From Gemmatimonas sp. (GTDB lineage: Bacteria; Gemmatimonadota; Gemmatimonadetes; Gemmatimonadales; Gemmatimonadaceae): 64,000 nt of DNA. The notes beneath the pieces were generated by a model. It saw only the letters and a list, made by a program, of their open reading frames with translations, did not search any database and had not been told where the DNA came from. Of the stretch, positions 1 through 8,462 are shown in pieces. A program made the position numbers and the translations under genes. The stretch covers positions 2,080,001 through 2,144,000 of the forward strand of contig OZ257156.1 in assembly GCA_965279375.1 (NCBI GenBank). Reading direction: 5' to 3'. Positions within the stretch are counted from its first letter, which is position 1. Each line of letters starts with the position of its first letter.

Positions 1-1017
1 GACGTGCAGGCGCAGGCGTCCGCTGACCCGATTCTCGCCGTGGGGCAACAACCGACCGCGGCGGCGGTCTACCTCGATCACACAGTGCGCGGTCAGCGCC
101 TGTTGGTGCGAGCCGGACTGCGCGGCGAAACGGTGACGGGCACGGGGTGGTCCGGGCTCTCGCCGCGACTGTCGCTCAAGTGGTTCGCCACACCCAGCCT
201 CGCGATCACGGTGGCGGGTGGGAGCACCACGCAGTGGACGCCGGCGTTGCGAAACGAGCAGGCACCAATCCGCATCTTCGATTTCTGGCTGACTGCAGAC
301 CGGAATACGCCGGTGGCACGCGCGTGGCAGAGCAGCGTGGGCGGTGAGCAGTGGTTCGGTCGTTCGCGCTTCGTGCGGCTGGAGGGCTGGGTGAAGCGCT
401 ACAGCAACCTGCCATCGTCCAACCTGTTCAACGACCCGGAGGTGCAGGGCGACGAGTTCATCGTGACCTCTGGGCAGTCACACGGCGTCGATTTGCTGGT
501 CCGGCAGTTGGAGAGCGAAAGAGTGTCGGGGTGGATTGCATACTCGTACGCGCGGAGCTGGCGGAACGGTGCGACGGCGCGCTTTGCGCCGGTGCAGGAT
601 CGGCGACACAACCTGAACGTGGTCACGTCATATCGGCCGGGCGGCAAGTGGAGCTACGGCGCACGTCTTGGCCTCGGCACTGGCACTCCGTTCACCGATG
701 TCGTGGGTCAGCTGGTGCGTCGGCGATACGACCCACTCACCAACAGCTTCAGCACCGACAATCTGGATGTGTCTCGCGAGCCCATTGGCGGTGTGCGAAA
801 CGGCGCGCGCTTTCCGCTGTTTCAACGAGTGGACTTGAGCGCCACGCGCACCAGACCGGGTCGGCGAACGTGGGCGCCGTACGTGTCCATCGTGAACGCG
901 TACAACGCGCGCAACGTCTTCACCTACTTCTTCGACTACGGCGACAACCCGCCCACGCGCACGGCGATCTCGCAGTTCCCCTTCATTCCGACACTCGGGG
1001 TCACGGTCTCATGGTAG
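1..1017 (+). CDS. TonB-dependent outer-membrane receptor, C-terminal part (5' end lies outside the window)
   Basis: Alternating beta-strand pattern; PRLS, GWIAYSYARS, DRRHNLN and NAYNARNV motifs; ends in an aromatic residue (VTVSW). Confidence 0.85.
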   Translation, partial: DVQAQASADPILAVGQQPTAAAVYLDHTVRGQRLLVRAGLRGETVTGTGWSGLSPRLSLKWFATPSLAITVAGGSTTQWTPALRNEQAPIRIFDFWLTADRNTPVARAWQSSVGGEQWFGRSRFVRLEGWVKRYSNLPSSNLFNDPEVQGDEFIVTSGQSHGVDLLVRQLESERVSGWIAYSYARSWRNGATARFAPVQDRRHNLNVVTSYRPGGKWSYGARLGLGTGTPFTDVVGQLVRRRYDPLTNSFSTDNLDVSREPIGGVRNGARFPLFQRVDLSATRTRPGRRTWAPYVSIVNAYNARNVFTYFFDYGDNPPTRTAISQFPFIPTLGVTVSW

Positions 1018-2243
1018 CGCGCCACAGAACGCGTGCAGCGATGCCTGGCGCGATACGCGGTGCGATGCGCGGTGCGATGCGCGGTGCGCGCCGCACGTCA
1101 CTCCTCGTGGGCACGCTCGCGCTCAGCGGACTCTGGGCGTGCGAGGCGGCGCCGGTGGAGGTGGTCTCGCCGGCGGCGTCCATCGTGATCCACGCCGTGC
1201 TCAATCCCGATGAAACTGAGCAGGTGATACTGGTGGAGGCCTCGCTCACGGGGCGCGTCGACATCAACTACGGGCTCAAGTTCGATCCGCTCGATCCGAT
1301 TCGCACTGCGGCGGGTTCGCCTCTCTCAGGCGCCGATGTGCGGTTGCTGCCGGAAGGCGACACGGTGGGGGTGCGCGCCGTCGAAACGATCGTGCGATCG
1401 CGCGGCACCGGGCGTTACGTCGTGTCGAGGTCCGCGCTCGTGGTCCAACCGGGTCGTCGGTATCGCCTGCGCGTGCGCACGACAGACAATCGTGAGGTGA
1501 CCGGCGAGACGCTGGTCCCCGGTGCACCACCAGGTTGGGCGGTTGGTTCTGGCGCACAGGTCACACCGCTCACACTCGACCGGAGTCGCGATACGCTGAC
1601 ACTGCGCTGGAGCGCGGTGCCGTCTGCGCGCACGTACGCCCTGTGGGTGGGAACGCCGTACGGACCGTGGGCACTCTTCGCTGACTCCACGGTGTTCACG
1701 CTCTCCGGTGGTCAGCGCAACTTCCTCGCCGGCGGACTGCCCTCGGTATGGTTTCCGGGGTTTGTGCAAACGGCCGCGGTGGTGGCGGTGGATGCCAACT
1801 TCTACGACTACAACCGCTCGGGGAATGACCCTTTTGGTGGCACGGGGCTGATCAGCAGTGTGAAGGGCGGCATCGGGCTGTTCGGCAGCGTCATCAACAT
1901 GCTGCGGCGTGAAGTCTCGGTGACCGATCGGGCGCGTGTGCCGCTCGACGCGCGTTGGCGCGGCGTCACGTCTTCAGGTTCGACCGCGGAGATGGATCTC
2001 TGGGTCGATGTGGCGGGACCGACGGTGAGTTCGGTGAGCGGCCGAGAATCCACGCTCGCTCGGCGCTTCCTGCTGGGGACGCTCCGCGGAGAAAGTTTGC
2101 GTCTCGTGACGCTGGCGGCCGGTTCGAGCGCGGACACGGTGGCGGTCTTCTCCGCGCGCCTTGCCGGAGACTCGCTGGTCGGCAGCTACGACGGACGGTT
2201 CGCCACGACCGGCGCACGCGTCTTTCGGCGGGTGGTGCGCTAA
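1011..2243 (+). CDS. DUF4249-like lipoprotein associated with the TonB receptor
   Basis: ATG at 1011 overlaps the receptor stop; lipobox LWAC; IVIHAVLNP and SSVKGGIGLFGS motifs; exact start uncertain because the repeat supplies several ATGs. Confidence 0.7.
   Translation: MVARHRTRAAMPGAIRGAMRGAMRGARRTSLLVGTLALSGLWACEAAPVEVVSPAASIVIHAVLNPDETEQVILVEASLTGRVDINYGLKFDPLDPIRTAAGSPLSGADVRLLPEGDTVGVRAVETIVRSRGTGRYVVSRSALVVQPGRRYRLRVRTTDNREVTGETLVPGAPPGWAVGSGAQVTPLTLDRSRDTLTLRWSAVPSARTYALWVGTPYGPWALFADSTVFTLSGGQRNFLAGGLPSVWFPGFVQTAAVVAVDANFYDYNRSGNDPFGGTGLISSVKGGIGLFGSVINMLRREVSVTDRARVPLDARWRGVTSSGSTAEMDLWVDVAGPTVSSVSGRESTLARRFLLGTLRGESLRLVTLAAGSSADTVAVFSARLAGDSLVGSYDGRFATTGARVFRRVVR
1038..1088 (+). 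repeat. About 4 copies of a 12-bp tandem repeat (consensus GCGATGCGCGGT) encoding AMPG/AIRG/AMRG/AMRG
   Basis: gcgatgcctggc gcgatacgcggt gcgatgcgcggt gcgatgcgcggt gcg read directly. Confidence 0.85.
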
Positions 2244-2288
2244 CCGAGTGCGCCTGCGCGGTCGCAGGCGCTGCACGCTGTCGGCGAG

Positions 2289-3347
2289 TCAGGAGATCGG
2301 CGTGCCCACGCCCTTTGGCACGACTGCACGGCCGATGGTACCGCGATCCGATCCGAACCAGATGCTCCGCGTCTGCCGGTCGAAGACCATGTGGCGCACC
2401 GTGTTGGGTGCCGCCGGACCGAGATCGGTTTGTGCGAAGAACTTGTCGGTCCGCGGATCGAATCCCACGAGCTTGTTGGGCTGCGAGCCGGTCTCCACGA
2501 ACCAGAGGCGGTCGTAGTCGTCGACGGTCATGGCATACGGCAGCGAGACGCCACCGCCAGGCATCGCCCATTCGCGCACAAGGCCGCTGACGGGATCGAG
2601 CTTGCCGAGGAAACCGCGCACGTAGTCCACGTACCAGACGGCGCCATCACTCGTGAGTGCGATACGGCGCCCGCGCGCCCGCGCGTCAGGCAGCGGATAC
2701 TCCGTCACCTTCATCGACACCGGATCGATCGTCCCGATGGCGTTGATGCCGAACAGGTTGAACCACGGACGGCCCTTGGCATCGATGACGATGCCGTACG
2801 GCCGAGAGCCGCGCTTGGCCATGCGCACCAGCTCGACCTTACCCGTGGAGCGCGACAGGTGGCCGAGCATGTTGCTGTTCTGGAGTGTGAACCAGAGGTT
2901 GCCGCTTTTGTCGAAGGCGATCGTGTGCGGGTCTTTCGCCTCAGGATCGGGCATTGGATAGCGTGTGATCGCGCCGGTCTTGGCATCGATGCGCCCGATC
3001 ATGCCGTTGCGATTGCCGGTGTACCACGCGTTGCCGTCGCGGTCCACGTTGACGGTGTGCGGGTTCGTTCCGGGATCGATCTCGATCCGCGTGAACTTGG
3101 CGTTGGTGGGATCGAAGCGTGCGACGTAGTTCCCTTCCTGCCCGACAAACCAGATGCGGCCATCGCCACCAAGCGCCGGGTCTCGTGGTCGGGTCGCGGC
3201 GCCCCAGGGCACGTTCCATTCCGTGAGCACCACGGAGTCTGCGCTCGGCGTCGAGCGTTGTGCGTGCAGCGCACACGGCGCGGCGACGATGAGAACGGAC
3301 TCGAGCAGCGAGAAGCTGGCGACAACGGAGCGCGTGCGTGTGCGCAT
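2289..3347 (-). CDS. Vgb (streptogramin lyase)-family beta-propeller protein, probably secreted
   Basis: Repeated P-x-x-I-x-x-D-x-x-G-x-x-W-F/Y blades; signal-peptide-like N-terminus (ALHA-Q); start approximate. Confidence 0.8.
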   Translation of the reverse strand: MRTRTRSVVASFSLLESVLIVAAPCALHAQRSTPSADSVVLTEWNVPWGAATRPRDPALGGDGRIWFVGQEGNYVARFDPTNAKFTRIEIDPGTNPHTVNVDRDGNAWYTGNRNGMIGRIDAKTGAITRYPMPDPEAKDPHTIAFDKSGNLWFTLQNSNMLGHLSRSTGKVELVRMAKRGSRPYGIVIDAKGRPWFNLFGINAIGTIDPVSMKVTEYPLPDARARGRRIALTSDGAVWYVDYVRGFLGKLDPVSGLVREWAMPGGGVSLPYAMTVDDYDRLWFVETGSQPNKLVGFDPRTDKFFAQTDLGPAAPNTVRHMVFDRQTRSIWFGSDRGTIGRAVVPKGVGTPIS

Positions 3348-3421
3348 CACGGACATCCTCGGGTGGGTTTCGGCGGGAAAGGTGCGCCACGGCCAGATGT
3401 CCAGCAAGCGGAGCCGTATCG

Positions 3422-4426
3422 CTAGCGGCGCCGGAACCGTTCGTAGTGATCCGTGGCGATGAAGTCGACACCCGCTTTCGTTGCCGCATTCCAGCGGGAC
3501 TCGACGGCAGCGGCGCCACCAAAATTGTACGAGCGCGTCAGACCGACACCGTCGTCGTTCACGAACCCATCGAGCGTGTAGAACCGGATCCAGAGCTGCT
3601 GGGCGTGCGCGCGCGCTACCAACGTCGACAATCGAGTGGAATCAGCGGCGGTCCATGCGCCGGCTTTAGTCGGTCCACCGGCTTCGACGACCAGCCACGG
3701 GAAGTTGACCCATCGCGCGTAGTTGGAGGCAGGCGCGGGAATCAGCTGGTCGGCGCTCATCAGCGAGAGCGCAGCTTCGCGCTCGTCGTCGTTCGCGCCG
3801 GGTGCATCAACCGGTATGACAGCGCCGAACGCACGCAGTGTCGCTCCCACGGGCACGGCGTCGTGAAAGCGCGCCCGTTGTGCCAAGTTCGAGCCCGTGA
3901 GCACCAGTAGGGGGCCCACACGCAGCGGCGACACGCGCTCGGGCGTGGCGGTGCGCGGCGCGGTCGTCAGCCACGACTCGTACTTGCCAAGCAGCGTGAA
4001 CACTGCGTCGAGCAGCGCCGGTTCGTTGGTTTTGAAATCCAGATTGAGCGTGATGACCGGCCACGTGGAGCGCTTGTTCTCCGCGAGCGCGCGCTCCATG
4101 ACCGGGCGAATCTTGTCGAAGAAGTACGACTCGAGCGTCGGTGCGCCGTCGAGTGCTTTCTTGTCGTGCGCCACCACAATCTGGTATGCGCCGTTAATTG
4201 CGTTGCGATACCAGAAGAGATCCTGTTCAATAGCGACGGGCGTGCCAGTCGCCAGCGCGCGATCGATGCGGTCGGTCCACTGGCCGCGCTCGGGATAGGC
4301 GTTGTGCGCGTCGAGCAGGACGCGCTGCCCCGGACCGAATCCTGCCTGCGCCGCGAGCGACATCGGCGGCGCACCGAGAAGCGCGCCGCCGATGGCCAGC
4401 AATCCAACCGCTGTTCGTACGTTCAC
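3422..4426 (-). CDS. Secreted PI-PLC/GDPD-like phosphodiesterase (TIM barrel)
   Basis: Signal peptide; DAHNAY, AIEQDL, NLDFK, IRFY and GVDFIATD motifs. Confidence 0.6.
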   Translation of the reverse strand: MNVRTAVGLLAIGGALLGAPPMSLAAQAGFGPGQRVLLDAHNAYPERGQWTDRIDRALATGTPVAIEQDLFWYRNAINGAYQIVVAHDKKALDGAPTLESYFFDKIRPVMERALAENKRSTWPVITLNLDFKTNEPALLDAVFTLLGKYESWLTTAPRTATPERVSPLRVGPLLVLTGSNLAQRARFHDAVPVGATLRAFGAVIPVDAPGANDDEREAALSLMSADQLIPAPASNYARWVNFPWLVVEAGGPTKAGAWTAADSTRLSTLVARAHAQQLWIRFYTLDGFVNDDGVGLTRSYNFGGAAAVESRWNAATKAGVDFIATDHYERFRRR

Positions 4427-4432
4427 TATCGT

Positions 4433-5125
4433 CTACTCGAGCCCGATCTGTTTGCGAATCGCCGCCGATGGGCCCTCGAACTTCTGCAACGGTACGTTGC
4501 CGATGTAGCCGATGTCCTTCCAGCCTTGTGGCGTGGTGTAGAACGCCGTGGCGGTCTGGTCGCGAATGGTGTCGAAGAACTGCGCCGCGAACGTGTAGCC
4601 GGGCTTGGCGTTGGGCAGGTAGCAGATGTCGTCGCAGATCGCGGCGCGCTGTGCGTCGGTGGCCAGATGAAAGCGCTTGCCGAATCGTGTCTGCGATTCG
4701 CGATCGATCCAGACCAGTCCGCCACGCACGCGCGCCAGCGACGCATCGCCACCCGGACGGCTGGCCCATTCGTTGATGTAGTCGGGCGCGCCGACGGTCG
4801 AAGCGGCCGGGCTCTTGGCGTCGGCCGGAATGATCATGTCGCACAACGCAGCGAGCGTGACCAGCTCGCGCGCCATCAGTCGCTTGGGCCACGTCACTTT
4901 CGCGCCGATGAGGATCGGATCGCTCGGCGTCCCACGCGGACCCTTGAGTGGCACCGGATCGAGCACGGGCAGCGGTGCACGCGCAGGCGAAATCACCGGA
5001 GCTGATTCTGCGGCCGCGCTGTTCGGGAGCATCGGTACGACGGCCGCAGCGGCCATCGCCTTGAGGGCATCGCGGCGCGACGTGTTGCCGATGCCGTTCG
5101 TGTTGTCGTTTGAATGCTGCGACAT
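4433..5125 (-). CDS. Gluconate 2-dehydrogenase subunit 3-like Tat-exported partner subunit
   Basis: Twin-arginine signal SRRDALK; LCDMIIP and FYTTPQGWKDIGYIGN motifs; start overlaps the GMC stop (TGATG). Confidence 0.85.
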   Translation of the reverse strand: MSQHSNDNTNGIGNTSRRDALKAMAAAAVVPMLPNSAAAESAPVISPARAPLPVLDPVPLKGPRGTPSDPILIGAKVTWPKRLMARELVTLAALCDMIIPADAKSPAASTVGAPDYINEWASRPGGDASLARVRGGLVWIDRESQTRFGKRFHLATDAQRAAICDDICYLPNAKPGYTFAAQFFDTIRDQTATAFYTTPQGWKDIGYIGNVPLQKFEGPSAAIRKQIGLE

Positions 5126-6915
5126 CAGAGGTTCCCCCGCTTCATTTCGGCGACGAGGTGATCGCAGCTGCGCCACGCGAGTGCGAGAATGGAGAGCGTC
5201 GGGTTCTTGTCGGCGTTGCTGGTGAAGGCTGCGCCGTCGGTGACGAAGAGGTTGGGCACTTCCCACGTCTGTCCGTGCGCGTTGAGCACCGACGTCTTGG
5301 GATCTGCACCCATGCGTACCGTGCCGACTTCATGGATGATCTGGCCACCCTTGGCGATCACCTTGTTGCCGTCGGTCTGCACGGTGCCCTGCACCTTGCC
5401 GCCCATCTTGTCCACGATCTCGGCGAACGTCTTCACCATGTGTGCCGCCTGATCGATCTCGTGCGACGACCACTTCCAGTGGAACTTGAGCACGGGGATG
5501 CCCCACTGATCCACCACATCCGGATCGAGCTCGCAGTACGAGTCTTCGTTGGGAATCATCTCGCCGCGCCCGTCGAAGTACATGAACGAGCCGTAGTAGC
5601 GACGCGCCTCTTCCTTGAACTTCTTGCCGTACGCGCCCTTGGTGTAGCTCTCGAGGCCGCCCATGAATCCAGCGCCCGGCATGCCACGTCCGCCACCGAA
5701 CTCGATGTGGTAGCCGCGTGCGAACGACATCTTGTTGGCCGCCTGATCCTTGTAGAGCCACCACGGCATGTACATGTGAATGCCGGCCGTGCCGTCTTCG
5801 TTGATCGGCGGAAGCCCTTCGAGGCGCGGGATCTGCGCCGAGAGGCCAGCGCCGACCGTGTCCATGAGATACTTGCCGACGACGCCACTGCCGTTGGCGA
5901 TGCCGTTGGGAAACTGCGTGCTCTTGGAGTTGAGCATGATGCGCGACGTTTCGGCGGCACTCGCCGCGAGCACGACCACCTTGGCGGTCACGTGGTGCTC
6001 GATGCGCGTGAGCTTGTCGATGTAGTGCACGCCACTCGCCTTGCCCTTGGCGTCCACCGTCACTTCGCGCACCATCGCGTCGGTGATCAGCGTGACGTTG
6101 CCCGTGGCCATCGCGGGCGGCATTAACACCGTGCTGCTCTGGAAGTTCGCCTTGATGGAGCAACCGCGGCCGCAATCAGTGGCGTAGAAGCACGCCTGAC
6201 GCTCGAGCATGCTCTGGCGCAGCACGCGCTGCGCGAGGGCGTTGCCCGGATGCAGCTTGGCCGGCAACCGCGCGGCGTCCTGCTTGGCCGTCAGTACAGC
6301 GCGGTGCGCGGGAATGACCGGAATGTTGAGCGGATCGCACGCCTGCTTGGTGAGCAGCTCGTACGTGCGCGGTGCGGGGGCGGGCTGCAGCACGCCCGGC
6401 GACGAACGCGGCGTGTTCTCGAGATCGTCGTCACCGCCGTACACACCGATGAGCAGTTCCGTCTTGTCGTAGTACGGGGCGAGCTCTTCGTACGTCAGCG
6501 GCCAGTCCGCGCCCAAACCGTCGCGGCTCTTGGGCTTGAAGTCGTACGGACCCATGCGGAGCGAAATGCGTCCCCAGTGGTTCGTGCGTCCGCCGACCAT
6601 GCGTGAGCGCCACCATTGGAAATCGGTGCCCGGCGCATTCGTGTACGGCTCACCCGGTACACGCCACCCGCCATCCACGGTGGCGTCGTAGAAGCCGAAC
6701 GGCTTGTCCGCGTTCCCCGAGCCGCGCAACGGCGCGTCCTTGGGGGTCTGGAACATCGGCGTCTCGGTGATGGGGTCGTAGTTACGCCCTGCTTCCAGCA
6801 CGCAGACCTTGAGTCCCTGCACGCTGAGTTGATAGGCGGCCATGCCGCCACCGGCACCAGAGCCAACCACGATGACGTCGTACTGCGTGTCGGTCTTGGA
6901 GCGACGCAAGGACAC
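5125..6915 (-). CDS. GMC family FAD oxidoreductase (sugar/glycoside dehydrogenase type)
   Basis: GSGAGGG FAD motif; Cys cluster CFYATDCGRGC; HEVGTVRMG; NPTLSILALA; GAGGAG RBS before the GTG. Confidence 0.9.
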   Translation of the reverse strand: MSLRRSKTDTQYDVIVVGSGAGGGMAAYQLSVQGLKVCVLEAGRNYDPITETPMFQTPKDAPLRGSGNADKPFGFYDATVDGGWRVPGEPYTNAPGTDFQWWRSRMVGGRTNHWGRISLRMGPYDFKPKSRDGLGADWPLTYEELAPYYDKTELLIGVYGGDDDLENTPRSSPGVLQPAPAPRTYELLTKQACDPLNIPVIPAHRAVLTAKQDAARLPAKLHPGNALAQRVLRQSMLERQACFYATDCGRGCSIKANFQSSTVLMPPAMATGNVTLITDAMVREVTVDAKGKASGVHYIDKLTRIEHHVTAKVVVLAASAAETSRIMLNSKSTQFPNGIANGSGVVGKYLMDTVGAGLSAQIPRLEGLPPINEDGTAGIHMYMPWWLYKDQAANKMSFARGYHIEFGGGRGMPGAGFMGGLESYTKGAYGKKFKEEARRYYGSFMYFDGRGEMIPNEDSYCELDPDVVDQWGIPVLKFHWKWSSHEIDQAAHMVKTFAEIVDKMGGKVQGTVQTDGNKVIAKGGQIIHEVGTVRMGADPKTSVLNAHGQTWEVPNLFVTDGAAFTSNADKNPTLSILALAWRSCDHLVAEMKRGNL

Positions 6916-7161
6916 GAGGGGAACTCCTCAAACGGCGGGATGCGGGAGGGGAACGCGAGGCCACGCCAAGTTACGGCCGGGGCCAGCGGTTGCAAACGGG
7001 CGCGATGTCACCCCATCCCGCCCCGCGCGGTGAGGAAACGTCACGGCACGAGCAGCTTTGTTACGCCACTCGCCAAAGGCTCAAGTCGGCGCCCGGGACA
7101 GGCCGATACCCGCAAGGACGGGCGATGCCGCCCCACTGCATTTCTCCCGCGCCCACCTCCC

Positions 7162-8427
7162 ATGTCGCCTCGCGTTCTGCTCCACGTGTGCAGCGCACTG
7201 CTGCTGCCGCTGCCGCTGTTTGCCCAGCATCCTGTCGAAAAGCACGAGGCCAAGCCGGTTGCCACGGCAAGCCACGCTGCATCACACGACACCGGCTCGT
7301 CGTGCACGACCCTGTCGACGGTGGGCACGTCGCACTTCGTCTTTCCGGAGACTGCCGGTCCAGGATTCGCCTCCTACATCGATTCGTCCGTTCGCATCGA
7401 AGGCGGACAGCGCGTCATGATCGGGTGCCGCTCGTTCGTGGGCCCTTTTGCGTCGCTCGACGGATCGCTGGGGCCGATCGCGATCGGCGATGGCTCGGAC
7501 ATTCAGGACAACGTGCTCATTTCCGGGCGCATGGTCGTGCTGGGGGACAACGTCATCGTGGCGCATGGCGCGACGATCGTGGGGCCGGTCTCCATCGGCG
7601 CGCCCAACGGCAAGCCGGCGTTCGTCGGCTTCAACTCCTACATCGACGGCGCGACGATCGAGCCGGATGCGATGGTCACGCACCTCGTGCGCGTCTCGCC
7701 GGGCATCACGATCCACAGTGGCATGAAGGTGCAGCCGGGCAAGTGGATTCAGACGCAGGCCGAAGCAGACGATCCGTCACTCGGCAAGGTCGTGAAGCTG
7801 AATGAAGCCGACCGCGAGTTCATGGCCGGCGTGCTGCACGTCAACGTTGCGTTCGCGGCCGGCTACACGGACCTCTTTCACTCGGCGCCGGCGCAGGTCA
7901 GCGGTGCGGGGCGCGATCCGGGGCACAGTGACTTCAATCAAGACGCCGACATGCCGACGTTCGCGGGCAAGGCCGAATCGCATCCGGAGTTCGACAACCG
8001 CATCATCGGCGGCGTGGAGATGGCCGATTCCTACGCGAATCTGATCAAGAAGATGGGGCACAACATCGCGATTCGCGCCGACGAGGGTGAGCACTTCCAC
8101 TTCGGACTCGTCGGGCTGCTGCAGGATCGCGTCACGTTCCATGCACTCGAGCACTGCGACATCGACATCGGCAACAACAACACGTTTGGCTATCACGTGG
8201 TGGTGCACGGCGGCCCGGACGACGCGAGCGAGCCACATGCAGTCACGCGTACGGAAGACGACGTGACGGTACGCGATTGGGCCGTGCTCTTCCGCTCAAA
8301 GGTGGGGAAGGGAAGCACGATCGGCGTGAAGGCGTATGTGGATGGCTCACATCTCGCGCCGGGCACCATTGTCCCCGATCGCGCGATCATGATCAAGGAC
8401 AAGATCGTCGGCTACGTCGAGTGGTAG
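7162..8427 (+). CDS. Secreted tandem gamma-class carbonic anhydrase-like protein (two left-handed beta-helix domains)
   Basis: Signal peptide; hexapeptide repeats; Cam-type motifs IRADEG, QDRVTFHALE, VVVHG, AHGA and VLHVNVAFAAGY. Confidence 0.8.
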   Translation: MSPRVLLHVCSALLLPLPLFAQHPVEKHEAKPVATASHAASHDTGSSCTTLSTVGTSHFVFPETAGPGFASYIDSSVRIEGGQRVMIGCRSFVGPFASLDGSLGPIAIGDGSDIQDNVLISGRMVVLGDNVIVAHGATIVGPVSIGAPNGKPAFVGFNSYIDGATIEPDAMVTHLVRVSPGITIHSGMKVQPGKWIQTQAEADDPSLGKVVKLNEADREFMAGVLHVNVAFAAGYTDLFHSAPAQVSGAGRDPGHSDFNQDADMPTFAGKAESHPEFDNRIIGGVEMADSYANLIKKMGHNIAIRADEGEHFHFGLVGLLQDRVTFHALEHCDIDIGNNNTFGYHVVVHGGPDDASEPHAVTRTEDDVTVRDWAVLFRSKVGKGSTIGVKAYVDGSHLAPGTIVPDRAIMIKDKIVGYVEW

Positions 8428-8462
8428 CTGAGAGGTAGCCGAGCGTTAGGTCACGGAGCGCC

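Noticed and set aside
2289..3347. Streptogramin B resistance gene
   Set aside because: Only fold-level similarity is visible; it has an export signal and catalytic residues could not be confirmed
6616..7161. N-terminal extension of the gamma-CA ORF, and similar extensions at 351, 13435, 17954, 27510, 34381 and 37489
   Set aside because: They overlap neighbouring genes or promoter regions; signal peptides or family motifs begin at later starts
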